A stretch of 63,524 nucleotides of DNA, filler included, from Reticulomyxa filosa (GCA_000512085.1; 22 parts of 22 records of this genome joined end to end with filler, not necessarily neighbours in it), one strand, 5' to 3'. Positions 14,317-28,821 are shown, counted from the first letter of the whole stretch. Numbers and translations are program-made. The notes: a model not told the origin generated them from the sequence alone.

Positions 14317-14599
14317 ATCCAACAGTTCTGCTCACACTTCAACTTTTTTTTTTTTTTTTTGCTTTCATCGTCATGACCAACTGTTCTTAAGCGTATCTTT
14401 TGTCAATTCTAATAAAATAACACATTTTTATTGATCTTTCACTGGCTTAAAAAAAATAAATAAATTGCTCGTTTCTAAAGATTTTATTTCTATTGTGTAA
14501 CAGCATTTGAAACCATTGCTGTTGTTTGTACATCGCACGTGTCTTACAAAAAAAACTCGAAATTAAGTTCCACAAGGAAAAAAAAAGGATTATCCAAAG

Positions 14600-15454
14600 A
14601 TGAACGAATCATTGACAACTTCAGCTAACTCAACGAGTAGGCATAATTTTTTGAAAATGAAATTCACGTTCCTTTTCTTGTTATTGTTGTTTCTATATTC
14701 ATTTATTTTTTTTTTAATTGGGCAAAAAAACTAAGGCTTTGAAATCTTTGTTGTGAAAACATAAAGCAAACAAACAAACAATATACGACAAAAGCTGCAA
14801 ACCATTTAAAGAACCCTCTCGTTTGCTGTCAGGCACCAGTTCAAGGTTTTTTAGAGCCTGCGTTGTGGATTCCTTTTTTGCGCAATCCTCACCGTGCCAG
14901 GCCAAGAGAGTGGGCTTACGTGTTTGATGAAAGCACTGACCACCTGGAGTTGATCGAAAGTGCCATGGAGTCTGCTGGATTAGTTCTGCGGCCTCGAGAA
15001 AAAGGGGGTGATCGCCTCAGAGGATGGGTTCTTACAAAAACTTGTGGTTTGTCCTGGGGGTCTCTCCATACAAAAATTTTCAATGTTTTTTTTTTTAATT
15101 TAAAAAAAAAAAAAAAAAAGGGGGAAGAGAGATTATTTGTTCCATGCACTTTACTGCTTTGTTTGAAAGACATCGAAAACCAAACTATGACGTATACACA
15201 ACAATGATACAAAAAAAAAAAAAAAAGCATGGCTGGACGTGTGCGAGTTAACATTGGAACGTGACAGATATGAAACCGGGAAGTATCACATCACGGCAAA
15301 AAGTGGATCAACTGGACTGTTCCCGTTGTTTGTCCCGTTGGCACCATTCTTGAACATCGTGTTTTGTTGGGTTCCATTTCACGATCATGGAAATAACAAT
15401 CAATTGTTGGATCAAATTCAAGACTATTTGAATCACAACACTAAAAAAAAATAA
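14600..15454 (+). CDS. Small uncharacterised protein, about 3 exons
   Basis: Exons ...ALWIPFLRNPHRARPREW...GWVLTKTC and AWLDVCEL...STGLFPLFVPLAPFLNIVFCWVPFHDHGNN are separated by a GT-AG A-rich intron; coding-like composition. Confidence 0.6.
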
Positions 15455-18400
15455 AAAATTATAATCTCTGAAGTGTAATGTGGTTTGTTTATTTTTAATA
15501 AGTGAGGCAGAGAAAAGCACCAAAATATTGACTTTTTTTTCAATTTTTGTATCGTGTGCTACTCAAGGCAACCTAAAATTCTGATCATTTAGATCTATCG
15601 ACATTCTTTTTTTATTTTCACACCTTTTTTTGATCAAATCAAAAATGTGATTTCGAAGAATCCTAAATTATTTAGGAAATCTCTTAATAGTTTCCAAAAT
15701 CTTAGTTATCATTATCTCGGAAGCAATTGGCTTGAAAAGTATTTACAATTGACAACTTCATATAGAAGAACTCGAAAGTTAGCTTCAAGATATAAATTTA
15801 TTTCCAAAAATAAAAATAAAGATAATGATCCATTTTTATTTTGTATTATCACAATAAACATATGTTTCATATATTAAGTCTTTTCAATATTGTTTTTTCT
15901 ATTCGTTGTTTTTTTGATCGATGATTTCCAGTTTGACAAGTATTATCTAAATCTCCAGATGAATTTGTTGTTAATTTTATGTTGATAAATTTCTTTTATT
16001 TACAGAAATTTCGTTAATTATATTTAATCTTATACCAATTTCGTTAATTTCATTTTTAATTTTTTAACTNNNNNNNNNNNNNNNNNNNNNNNNNNNNNNN
16101 NNNNNNNNNNNNNTTAATTAATTAANNNNNNNNNNNNNNNNNNNNNNNNNNNNNNNNNNNNNNNNNNNNTTTTTTAATGCATGTATTAAATGCAATAAAT
16201 GAAAGTGATTTTGGTCTTGTGGTCGTAGCCTGTGAACACTGAACAAAAGACTGACTATCCAACAATCTCTAACAAGAATTTGGCGATCTGACGCTTTGCA
16301 GCGCATTAATGCTATCATAATGACTTACATTGGACAATGTCATGTTTTCGATAAATTTCTTTTTCATTATGTCCTGAAGTAAAAGTAAGATCTTAACAAT
16401 ATTTCCATTGTATCCAAGCAAGGAAACTTCGTCAATATCCAAAGAATGAAGTGTTTGCTTCTTGCCAACCAAAGTCGTAACTAACTACGACAATTACAAA
16501 TAAAAAAATTTTAAAAATGGAACCACGTTCTCCCTTTGTCAAATAAAAACTGGTTATTTTTTGGAAACATGTTCAAAAAAAATAAAAAATGACCCACAAT
16601 TTTTAAAAAATAAACCGCAATCAAATCTGATTATTAAATATTCTTGTTTGTCATTTTTTTGCAACAAAATAGCTGGTATATTTTATGATTGAATTTGATC
16701 ATGTACATTATTAGAGTTTTTTTTTGCAATCTCAAAACATTTCTACAGCCATTCAACCCTTTTCCTTTCATTTTTCTTTTTCAATGTCCATTGTAATACT
16801 TCGAACAATCTTGATCAGCTGCATTACATAAAGTTAAAAAAAGTGATTATTAAAATACGTATATCATGATCAATGTGTTTTCAATAACAAGTTTGGAGTC
16901 TTTCCAAACTAACAATCATAACCACGAATTTGTAGATAACCAAGTATCAAAGTATTAACAGAAAAAAGTTCGTTTTATCAACTGCTAACAATTAGTGATT
17001 TAATGATTATTATATCACTAATAATATAAACATTCAAATTTAACCACAATGATAATGCAGCCTTACTGTTGTAATGAATACGAAATCTTCACGAATTATA
17101 TTTATAATATTAATTTGGAATTCGTCGTGAATGTGCTATACCAAACAATGCTATTTGCATACGAACAAAACTTCGATTATTGACAACAGCAAAACGATAA
17201 TAGATAACAATATATGATAATTCCTGGTTTTGTTGACTATATTCAACAAGATCTATAATTAGATAATAATTGAACGTATATTTCGGCGTTTGTGCTATTA
17301 TTACACAAACAAATAATCAAATAAATAAAATTATAAATATATATTAAAAGAATATATAAAATATATCATCTTGATGGATTATGGGACGTCATTTGATTAT
17401 TTTTGGTAGATGGACTATATGTGTTTATATACGATGGCATCCCTATCTATTTCTAACATTACTGCATCACAATCTACTTCTGGCATGGTAACATCTAGTT
17501 GCAGTATTAGATTGCATAAAGTAAAATATATTCTACAATATATATTTATATGAAAGACCTGCATCCAAGCTCAGATATGAAATATCATTTTCAACTATTT
17601 TTTATTGAAAAAAAATTTGTTTAATAGAAAATAAGAAACATGTTTATACGTTGTGTTTGCTTATTTGAAAATAGTTTTTATTTGGAAATATAAATAGATG
17701 CAAGTTAGAATTAGAAATTGAAGGTATTTTATTTGCTTACATTCAGAGGAGTTATCTATTGTTTTTGTTGTTGTGTGTAATATGCATTATTTATTGCTGG
17801 AAAGTTGGAGTACGTTGTTAAGAATAATATAGTCAAACATGTACCTTCAAAATTCATTTTTCTTGCGTTTTTTTTATTTCTTTCAAAATTTTTAAAAATT
17901 TCTTTATTATTTCAAAAAACACTGTTGTTTCTGTTTACCTTGTTGCTGTTTAGGACAAAAAGTTCGTCAGCATGTGCCCTTTTGTTTTGGTTTGGTTTTT
18001 GTTTATAATACAATACATTCTTGTTTCTTTTTATTTTTGATGATTAGTATTCTTAAATATTATTTCTTTTTTGACATTTGATTAATGCATTTCATTTCAG
18101 ATAAATATTATCTACTGAATGTTTAAAGCTTGGTTTCTTTTCATGAGAATACAAAAATTACATACTTTCGGATGTGGCCAAGAAAAAATTCTGACCTCAC
18201 AGTCTCAGCCTACCCACATTTTTTTTCTTTTTTTTTAAAGGGTTCAATCATTTATTTGCGTTATGTTGCGATAGGATACTTTTCTCTCATCAAAAAAAGT
18301 ATCACAAGTGTGGATGTGTGTACATATCAACGTGGGAATATTAAAATTGAACCCAACTCCAGTTCGTGATAATATAACGTGATAGTCATATTGCACAAAA

Positions 18401-18507
18401 AAAAAAANNNNNNNNNNNNNNNNNNNNNNNNNNNNNNNNNNNNNNNNNNNNTTAATTAATTAANNNNNNNNNNNNNNNNNNNNNNNNNNNNNNNNNNNNN
18501 NNNNNNN

Positions 18508-18544
<37 letters not shown>

Positions 18545-18545
<1 letters not shown>

Positions 18546-19114
18546 GTTTGGATCATATACCATCTTCCAAAGCGTCACCGAAATCCAAACCCGAATCGCA
18601 ATGACTTTGCAAAGCGAATCTGGGGACGGTCGTAAAGTAATCGACATTTGGGAGGATGATGTCACGTTTGCTAAGTTCGTGCAGCGATTGCTCCGTCCAT
18701 TGTGGATGTCGATATACTTTGTCCAAAGGCACGATCATGTTTGACAATGTCTATTCAACAATAACAACAACAACTATCACAGAGAAGGAAGAGGGGGAGA
18801 ATATATATATGTATATATAATGATAGGGTCATCACAAAACATCGCATTTGGGACAGGTAAATTCGTGATGCGACAGTCGCAAAGTGCTCTGGTCCGTGCC
18901 AAGTGCACCCCAAGTGTGCGCTTGATACATTTGTGATATCTGCGCGTCAAAGCAAGAAAAGTGAATGGCGTGGCCACAAAATGTCCATTGCACGCCCTGT
19001 CGATGTGACATAAAGAGATGGTCAGAATCTTCTTTGGCTTTTCTATTCCGGTTTGGAATATCGTGATACGGATTGTCTACGCAGTTTTGCAATACATTCG
19101 ATCGCTATTGTATG

Positions 19115-19147
<33 letters not shown>

Positions 19148-20330
19148 TATGTATACATATATATATGTGTATACGTATATATTATAGTAAAGAAAATAAG
19201 ATGTACTCTTCCAAACTGTAACAAATGCAATTAAACCTATTTGGTCTTGCTTTGGACGTAAAGGTGGACACTTTACACAAGCGTAGTCGAGTCCATTTCC
19301 ACAAGACGAAAGTATGCCATTTGGATTTTGTTGCTCGTCGATGGCATCCTCGTCAATCATTTGACAATGTCTGATTTCGAATGCCTTTTTTTGCTTTTCC
19401 ATTTTTTTCATCGCTTTTGTTTTTGCTCGCACTGCTCGCTGTTGTCTTTGCACCCTTTTCTGCTGTCTTTCCTTTTCTTGTTCAATTTCCGCTTCGCGCT
19501 GCTGTTTCAGCAATTGGGGAGGGGTCCAATATCGAGTGATGGTGTCACTTAACTGTGGGATGTTTAAATCATAACATTTCGACAATATCGCTTCAATCAC
19601 TATCTTTATGTCCGCGTCGATCGATTTCAGCAAAAGCTGACACAAGTACCATAGCACCGTGCCAACGCCTTCTGGCAATTCCACCTGCTCGCTGCTTTTA
19701 TTCTTTACATTTGTATTGACACTGGATGATTGTGGTTGATTTGGAGTGACAGTAGATACAACTGGCTCTATTATTTTGTTTCGACGAGAGACACGCTCTT
19801 GTTCGATCAATTGCAACAATTGTTTTCGTGATGCTTCCAATATTATATCTTTGTTCATTTCAACTATGTCCCATTTGATTGATTGATTGATTGTTGTTTG
19901 TTTTTTGTAAGTAATAATATGTTTTTGTAAATGTATAAAGGTAAATAAAATAAATACATTGTTCTTTTTCTTTGAGCAAATAGACAGTGGTACGACTCGT
20001 AGCCCGTGACTGATCGAAAACAAGTCCAACTTTTTTCAAATGTTCCACGACTTCGGAGTAGTAGAGTGACGACTGCATTGAACGGAGGACGTGTTGTAAA
20101 TGCCGCTCCACTTTGGAAATGCGTGTCTTGGGATTGGCATCAGCTTTGAGTCTGTCCAAAGTATTATGTAAGCGTTGGACATTTCTGCGTTGGATGGTTT
20201 CATTGTGTTGTTCATGGTCAAACGCATCTGTCAAACGGAAGTGAAAGCGAGTTGTGAGGTTGCGAATGCATTGATCGAATGTTTTGTCTTCTTTCTTTAA
20301 CTTCCCACTCCACATTGCCTTTTTCATATA
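18545..20330 (-). CDS. UBR1/2/3-family N-end-rule E3 ligase, RING-containing fragment
   Basis: Pre-RING helix RAKTKAMKKMEKQKKAF, CVKC, and FCGHAIHFSCF...EFTCPKCDVL|SNMIVP match the split RING-H2 of UBR1-3. Confidence 0.8.
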
Positions 20331-20466
20331 CATATATGTATATATATATATATGTATATATATATANNNNNNNNNNNNNNNNNNNNNNNNNNNNNNNNNN
20401 NNNNNNNNNNTTAATTAATTAANNNNNNNNNNNNNNNNNNNNNNNNNNNNNNNNNNNNNNNNNNNN

Positions 20467-22924
20467 GAAAATTGGGAGATATTGAACACAGAGGAACGAG
20501 AGGCTGCAAAAGTGTTGATTCAATGTGAGCAGCAACATGTGATGAACGAGTGGCCCAGTCCTGGAAGAGACGACGAGGACAAAAAAAAATTGTTGAAGCA
20601 AGTGCTGCAATTGAATCGGGAATACCCTGGAGGTTTGAAAGTTTTGTACGCGACGAGACGGAACAGGGACATGCAATACTTGCCCCCTCCCTTCCCTTCT
20701 TCTCTTCTTAACCTTCAAAAAAGATGTAATCTTTCTCGTGTCGCTCGGAAAGCTTTACATATCTTGCCAAACGTATACAAGTGAATTGGATGGAACAATG
20801 CACAATAGAACTATCATGAAAGGGCACGAAAATTGCTAGAGGATTCTGCGAAAGGAATAAATCCTTATGAGGGGTATGTACCTTTTGTCCCCAAAGGAGA
20901 AGCAATCGAATTTAATTCGGAACAATTCCACTTTTTTGAAAAAAAGGAATGGAACAAGTTTTGCAAACATTAAAAAAAAAAATACGTACCGCAAACAACG
21001 TATATGTATATATGCTTATAATAAGGATATAAAAAAAATATGATTGGTTGACAACATGACTTAACATTCAGGTCGGAAGAACAGGCTACATATTGGTGGC
21101 AGGAGGATTGGGTGAGCGATTGGGTTATGACGGAGTGAAGCCAGAACTCCCCTCGGAAATAACTACGGAAATGAGTTTTATGGAAGTGTACGTAGCCACG
21201 ATATTGGCGCTACAAACCCGCGCTCGTCGTGCCACTGGCAATGAGAAAATCAAACTCCCTCTGGCGATTATGGTGAGTGAAGACACCATCGAAAAGACGC
21301 AGACCTTGATGCGGAATAACAATAATTTTGGCATGTCTAACGATCAGATCACATGGATGTTTCAGCCTAAGAATGTTGGCTTGTTAGTTTAGTATTGTCT
21401 GACACATACAAATTTCTTTGCACGGAAAAAAAAAAAAGGAGAAAAGAGTAGAGATGTCACAACGATTGCATTAATATCATAGTGTGGATATTTCACACTA
21501 TACACACGATACATATATTTTATCACGTATATAATGTACATTATACGTATACATATATACACGCATGGGGGGGGGGGGGGGGGGAAAAAGAATAATCGCG
21601 CAGATTTTGCATTGGAATGGAAATATGGAATTTTATCAAAACCAGGGGGACATGGCGTAGTACATTCGCTAATGTATTCAACTGGGACAGCTCAAAAGTG
21701 GGAAGATATGGGAATTAGTTGGTTGGTGTTTTTGCAAGATACAAACGGTGTGGCGATGCGAAGTTTGATAAGTGCGTTGGGAGTAAGCGCGATGAACCAA
21801 TTTGTGATGAATTCGATTACAATTCCTCGCAGACCGAAGCAGCCCATTGGCGCAATCACACAATTGCGACACACGGGTAATGACGACGTGTTGACAATTA
21901 ACGTGGAGTATAATCAATTGGAACCACTGTTGAAAAACTGCAGCGAAAGTAGAGAAGGTGACATAGCTGACAATCGTACAGGATATAGTAAATACCCTGG
22001 AAATTGCAACACCTTAATCTTAAAGTTAGATACGTATAATCGGGTTATGGCCAAAACCAAGGGTGCCGTTCCTGAGTTTGTCAACCCAAAATATGCCGAT
22101 GCGACCAAGACTATGTTTAAATCACCTGCAAGACTAGAGTCGATGATGCAAGAATATCCCAAAGCTTTAAGTAATGTTTATTTTTTATTTTTTAATTTGC
22201 TATTTTATTTAACAATAATAATAATGCAAACAGCTGGGAAAGAGAGAGAGGCGGTCGGCATCACTCTGTATGCACCTTGGTTTGCATTTGTACCGGTGAA
22301 ATACAATATTGTAGACGCCCAAAAAAATTATGAATTGCTGGGTGATGCCATGAGCGCGTCTTCTGGTGAGGCTGGTATGTATCGATGCTATCGTGAACTC
22401 TTGAGGGCCGCTGGTGCCAGAATTGATGAAAGTGAAGAGAAAACAAGACTGTTTGGTAGTGTCCCTGTCGAAAATGGCGCGAAAGTGGTCTTGCATCCGT
22501 CCTTCGGCGTCACTGTTCACGAAATTCGAAGCAAAATCAAAGGAAATGTTCACATTAGTGGCGAGTCCACCTTCGTTGTTGATGGTGAATTCATCGAAAT
22601 ACACAATCTCAAGCTTGATGGCACTTTAATCATTCGTGCCAAAAATAATTCCAAAATTGTTATACACAATTTGACCGTAAAAAATGAGGGCTGGTACGTA
22701 GATTTTTTATCAGCTTTTTAAAAAACAAAAAATAAACAAGTTTGTCGGATTGTTTGGAAAACAAAAACAGGGACTTCAGACCAATTGGACCAAGTGACAC
22801 CAATTTCAGCCCTCAATACACCATGCGTGGGTATGTGCTAGAAAAACGTGGTCAACAAATAATTGAATTCACAGATGGTGAAGAACATGTGATCAACGAT
22901 CAGTCTAAACTGGTTACAAAATGA
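20467..22924 (+). CDS. USP: UDP-sugar pyrophosphorylase, multi-exon
   Basis: YPGGL..Y..RARKLL, LVAGGLGERLGY, LAIMVSEDT, KPGGHGVVH, FLQDTN, INVEYNQL, YPGN, EFVNPKYAD, RLESMMQEYP. Confidence 0.93.
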
Positions 22925-23481
22925 TATAATTTTATTATGTTTACATTTTTTTTATAAGCTTAATCCATATCCACCGAGTGGATAGAAACAGCAGTTCCTA
23001 TCTATGTACGAAAATTCCAATCAATATCAAAATACACAAAACTAATATTAATGATTATTCTAAAATCAATTAACAATTGAATTTCCGTGTTACAATTTAA
23101 ACAATATAAAAATTAGAGCGCAATTTTAATTAATGTGTTAGAATAGAAATAATAATTGAATCAATAGACTTGGTATTCGACAGTAGAAGAATTTGAAAAT
23201 TAGCAGCAAAATTATATCTTATCAATTTTTTAGAATCAACAAATTATGTTACAGCGTATATTAAGCTATTTATTTAAGATAAACATTCTTTCGATTTACG
23301 TCTACTTAAAAATCAATCAGCAAAAGTATCACAAGTTACATGACTTTGAAGCAAAAAACTTTGATATACAACAAAGTATAGTTGGAAAAACTTCGAAAAC
23401 TAGAAATTTCAAGTTTTGGAGCAAAAAGTAACAAGTTTCGTTCAAAAACAGATGCAAAAGTATAAGGTTTTGTTTTAAAGC

Positions 23482-25325
23482 ATGTCTTGGTTGCCCTTTT
23501 TGAAGACGCCTTTTAATTGTGTTTTCCCAGAGTTGAAAAGAAATATGCCTAAAGGCCAGTTTTTCCCACTGGCAATATGTTCGCACCGAAATTTTATCTT
23601 GAGCACGTGTTTCGGCGTTTTATTGTTCCTTAACATAGTAGCTTTTCTGTCCAACTTACACGAACTGGGTAGCCCCGCCAACTACAGCCCATCACTCTTT
23701 AATGCTCATCGTATGCATAATGAAGAAACCTATGATGACGATGATGATAATAACGATGAATTTAAACACTCGGACGCTAAAGCAGAACACATGTCCGGAC
23801 ATGACGATTTGGATATAGCCAGTTTCTCAGGAACGATGAACAACACAATAGCAGATAAAAAATGGGGAGAAATCTACATGCCACACCGAGTGTGGTGTTT
23901 GGTGCCAACACTTTGGCCAAAAAAAATGGACACAATGAAAGTGATCGCACTAACATGGGGCAAGTTTTGCGATCAGTTGATATTCGTGGTCGACCAGGAA
24001 TTCGGCGCAAGTGCTCCGGATACTTACTACAACGCGACCATATTAAAAATCAACTGCGAATACAGACAGTCCACGCCAGATCGAAACATTTGGGAAAAAG
24101 TTTGGAAAATGTGGTATCATATCGGTGTGTCCGTTTTTTTCCCTCCCCTTCAAGTCCAAATTCGAGAAGGGAGAAGGAGCAAGAGGAATTTTTTTAAAAA
24201 AAAATTTTCTGTTCCCTCTCCCTTTTTTTTTTTTTGATTTTTATTCTTTCTTCAAAAAGAAAGAATAATAGTTGAGGGTCTAAAAAAAATACACACGCGC
24301 ATATGCATACGTTTTTATTTTTGTGTATATTGTGCACATGTGTAAGCAGGTCGCTATCATTTACATGATAGCGAATGGTTTTTGAAAATTGATGACGATA
24401 CATTTTTTAGTGCAGTGAATTTTAAAGGCTTTGCACGGTATTTCAATCCTGACAAAGAATGGTATCTTGGACATACGTTAATGCATTTGTGGCAAGTTAA
24501 AAATGTCGCCTTTAATAGCGGTACGTGCTACAGCATTAGCCGAGGAACACTCCGAAAAGTACACGCCATTTTCGAAACGAAAGAATTCCTATACGATTTG
24601 CAGCGAAGAAGTATGTTATTTTTCTTTGCAAATGATATCTTTCTGTTCGGATATAGATGATTAAAGTATCTAAAAGCCAGCTCATGTGTTGTGTTTGTCT
24701 TTTATTCATTTTTATTTTTTGCGGGGTCTCTTGTTTTTTCTCTTTCTACTCTAATTCTCTTCGTGGGATTGTGGCTTTATGTTGGATGATAATGAACGAT
24801 AAAGGAGAGGGGAAAATGCATTGTATGCACCGCAAAGGCGACGAAGAAGACCCAACATTTGCAATGTGTCTTCATAGCTTGGGCATTATTCCTACAAATA
24901 CATTGGATAACCTCTTTCGTGAGCGATTTTTACCTTTTCGGCCAGAAGACCATTTCGAAAGAGTAGCACGGACACAGACCTGGTTTTGGCAACATAAACA
25001 TCCCCAGGTTGGCCAATTAGCCAATTGTTGTTCTGATAATCCTATCTCTTTTCATAACTATAAATTTACTGTTGCGGAATTTTTCCGACAATTGAGTGAT
25101 TTGTATAATATCCCCGAAGGTGTCAATGGCAAAAAATTTGAAATCCCTAACAAACCTAGTCCTTTTTTACACGATCTTTTGCCATTTAAAGCGGATCCGT
25201 ATATGAATATACCGGAGCCACCCAGAGGTCAAATCATTTGGAAAGGACACTCTGTTGGCATGGGTTGTTTTCAATGCGACAGTTTTTTTTATAAAAATTT
25301 CAGTATTGATCCAAACGATCTTTAA
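23482..25325 (+). CDS. GT31 beta-1,3-galactosyltransferase (C1GALT1/T-synthase-like), type II membrane protein
   Basis: N-terminal TM; VWCLVPT, TWGKFCD, WFLKIDDDTF (DxD), GDEEDPTFAMCL, ERFLPF, CCSDNPISFHNY. The true start may be the downstream Met at 23545. Confidence 0.88.
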
Positions 25326-26353
25326 AACAATTTTTTCGAGTATGATCTTTTTTGATGTAAACTTATTTTGTTTGATGTTGCTGTTCTGTGGTGTTGCAAA
25401 TATTCAAGCATTTTAATAGTAGAATTTACTGAATGATACGCACTTTTTTGGATATCTTTTTTTAAAATTTCAACTTAAATTGAAACAATTTCCCACCTTA
25501 CAATTTCTACTTAAAAATATTTTTACAATATTCAATGATAACCCCTCTTTTCACGGGCAAACACTTTCCGTTTTTTCACTTTCTGCACGGACAAACCTAC
25601 AACAACACAAAAATGTTGCAAATTTTTTAGAAAAAAAATTATGTACAAAGTATTTAACAGCAACACACAATACAAAAGAATTGTGCGCTTGGGATACTTT
25701 GGTTTCTTTTCGAGAAGTGGAGTGCAACATAGATTTATAAATAATAATCGACGTTGTAACAACCCTCGTAAAAAAATTTACAACAATAAATACTAACTTA
25801 AAAGGACCCAAAGCAGGTTAATTTTTGTTCTTACGAACATTCGCACAAGTTTTTAATTTTTTTTTGCACTTTGAGTAAAAATAAATTTATTTTCCATCAC
25901 CTTTAGCTTTTCGCTTTGGACTTGTGACATACATATTCAACAAAACAACTTAAAACAAAGGAAAAAAGTAAAACAAGTCTTAAAAAAAAGTCTTTCAACT
26001 ACCCTTTTTTTGTTTAACTTAGACAATAACTTACCGCTATCAATCACTTTTATTTCTCAACAAAAATATACTCGGTTGCTTGTAAGTGCTGAAAGATTTT
26101 TCAAAAATACTTAAATTTTAAAATTTTTTGTTGGTCTGTGTAATTAGAAGAATATAGCTCAAAATACTCTGGAAGTGCTCTAACAAAGTTTTTTGCTTTA
26201 TCTTAGCGTGTTCCGTTGTTTTTTTCATTTAGACTGCTCCACGAAGAAACTAATTAAAAGGGAGTTTGTACAAGTTTTTGTTTGCTACAAGATTCAACAC
26301 AACTATCTGAACTCTGCGATGTTCGCTTCATGCGATTTAATTGTTGTAGAGAG

Positions 26354-28100
26354 CTATTGATACAAGGATTGCCCCATAAGTGTGACTTGTGTATCGGGTT
26401 GCCACCTGTCAGTTGTTTGCTCGGGCTCTTTGCTTGTGGTTTGTATCTGACGTGTTTCTTTTCCACGCGACTCCTTTTTTTTCAATCGTGAGTTTTCTTT
26501 GAATTTTTGTTGTTTCAATTTTTTATTTGGGTCGGTTGTGTTGTACAAAATATTTTTTTGGCGCGTATTGATATCACTTTTGATAAAGTCATTATATTTT
26601 CTTTTCTTGCTCTGTTTATACTTACGCTGTTCCGCATTTGTTCTTTGGTATTTCATACCATTAAAAGACACACATACACATATCACAAAGTTTCAGCCAA
26701 TGATATCAGTACATTTATTTTGTTATTTTTGGCACAATTTGAAGTAGAAATCCGAATAAGTCCAAGTAACTTTTGTCGAAACGCAAAAAAGTGCTGCTGA
26801 CGTGAATATTTGTTTTGATGAGAAAGAAGAGGCTCTTTTGTTTGTTGGCAAAATGTGTTGATATCTTTTGAAAATTGTGTTTCGAAAGAAGGAGTCATTT
26901 GTGATGTACTTTTGGCACTTGGGGACAGTGCGTTGGACTCCATAGTTTCACTCTCTTCTACTGGGCTCGTTTCTGGAGTCTTTATTTTTCTTTTTTTTCG
27001 TGAGCCTGTCTTCATCTGCGAGATAGCTTCATAATTATCACACTGGAATAAATCTATGGAATTCCCTTGGATTAATTGCTTCCAAATTCCTTCTTTCACT
27101 CCTTTTTCGTATACTAATGTGTGAGAACGGAAGTGGTCGTCACTACTTTCGCAATACGTTCCGCTGGTGATATGCATAGAGTAAAGTTCGAATTCATTCC
27201 TAATTGATGACGAATTTGCACCTGCGCGATCTGGCCCTTCTTTTTTTTGGCTTGTTGCAGCTACCTTCGATGAAATGGGTCCATTGTTTGGTATGTCTTT
27301 TTTTTTTTTAAAAAAAAAAAAAAGACAAAACAGCATAAATGTCCAAGTTTGGAGTCACATGCTCTGTTGTTTTTGTATGATTGGATCAGAACTGAACTGA
27401 AGCAATAATTGGAGTTGTACTTTTGAAGGCAAAGAAGAAAAGCTCTGTGAAATTCGAGCAAGATAGGAGAATAGGTAACAGAAGTGACATGTTTAGAGAC
27501 GTTGTTGGTGGGGTCAATAGGATCGATGATAACAAAATAATCGTTTCCATTGAAAAATTGAAAACCAATGTGTTTGAATTTGGGAATAAAGCCTTGTTGT
27601 GTGACAGTAATAATTTGAGAATGCTTCATCTCATCAAATTGCAAAAAAAACTTAAAAAATTGAAATAACAACATTGACAAACAACAGAGAGGTTCGGGTT
27701 TTTTTCTTTTTGCACGCCCTTTGCCGACAGTACAATGTGGCTCCATAGAGGTATGCAAACCAATCTTTTTACTGCCGTCATCCAATGTTCCATTCAAGTC
27801 CATTGTATAAACTGGCAACATTTGTTGTTCTTGTCCGCTTTTAATGGCCAATAGTGTTATTCCATACGAGTTGAATAATCCTTGAGATGCATCGATAATT
27901 CCACGGACTTTGCCCCAGTGTTTCACTGCCATCAAATACGGTTTTAGCCATTTACCATATTCTTTTAAATATTTTTTCATGTATTTATTTGTTAGCTTTA
28001 CTGTATTTGGTGTTACTGATATATCCACTGCTATTCGATCCGAACATTTGCTGATAAGACGAATTATTGGAACACGTGCTTGACGCCGAAAACTTTGCAA
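26354..28100 (-). CDS. Non-canonical poly(A)/terminal nucleotidyltransferase (Cid1/Trf4/GLD2 family), 5'-partial
   Basis: ARVPIIRL, AVDIS (third catalytic Asp), VKHWGKVRGIIDASQGLFNSYGITLL, PAP-associated IIDPIDPTNNVSK; low-complexity C-terminal exons. Confidence 0.85.
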
Positions 28101-28239
28101 CTTTTTAATTCATTTTATTTTNNNNNNNNNNNNNNNNNNNNNNNNNNNNNNNNNNNNNNNNNNNNTTAATTAATTAANNNNNNNNNNNNNNNNNNNNNNN
28201 NNNNNNNNNNNNNNNNNNNNNTTTTTTTTTTATACTCAC

Positions 28240-28751
28240 CTTTTACAGATACTGCAATGATGTGCTCGCCAAGGCTTTTCATTTTTGCATTCAGGACAAT
28301 AACGAACTGTTTCCTGAGTTTTCATTTCTGGATCATGTTTATAATATTCAATTGGCAAATTTCGACACTCTAGTGGATACTCCATTTTGTTTGTGGGTAC
28401 GTAGCCTGGAGAGGTCCACATACAACTTTGATGATTAAAGAGTATATTGATTAATAACCAGATTCCTACTCCTGTTATCCCATTCACAATTGCATGAGAT
28501 CCATACTCTTGTAATAAATCGGGATAAATGTACTTGAAATACTCCACTACTACAATCCCTATTAAAAAAAGCGGAGCTATTGCTAAACATGGATTTAATG
28601 CTCTTACCATACTTGCCAGAAAAATGTTTATCAGCACTGATAACTTTTCTCCTACTTGTTTCCAAAGTCTTGTGCAACGAGAACATATCATTAACCTTTG
28701 CCGACAAAAATTCCAATTACTAAACATATTCTTTTCCCATTTCAGCATCAT
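28240..28751 (-). CDS. DHHC palmitoyltransferase first exon (ZDHHC16-like), 3'-partial
   Basis: Two TM segments, NILFNH..CMWTSPG, and RYCPECKNEKPWRAHHCSICK, the start of the DHHC cysteine-rich domain. Confidence 0.88.
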
Positions 28752-28821
28752 TACTTCCTTTTTTTTTATGAATCTTACTTGAAAAAGGTATTACTTATCT
28801 TCTCTTATGAATATGTATTAG

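Noticed and set aside
16170-18407. Genes or RNAs in this AT-rich contig (similarly 44788-46340, 49833-50250, 57342-58926)
   Set aside because: Only short broken frames with no family motif I can support.
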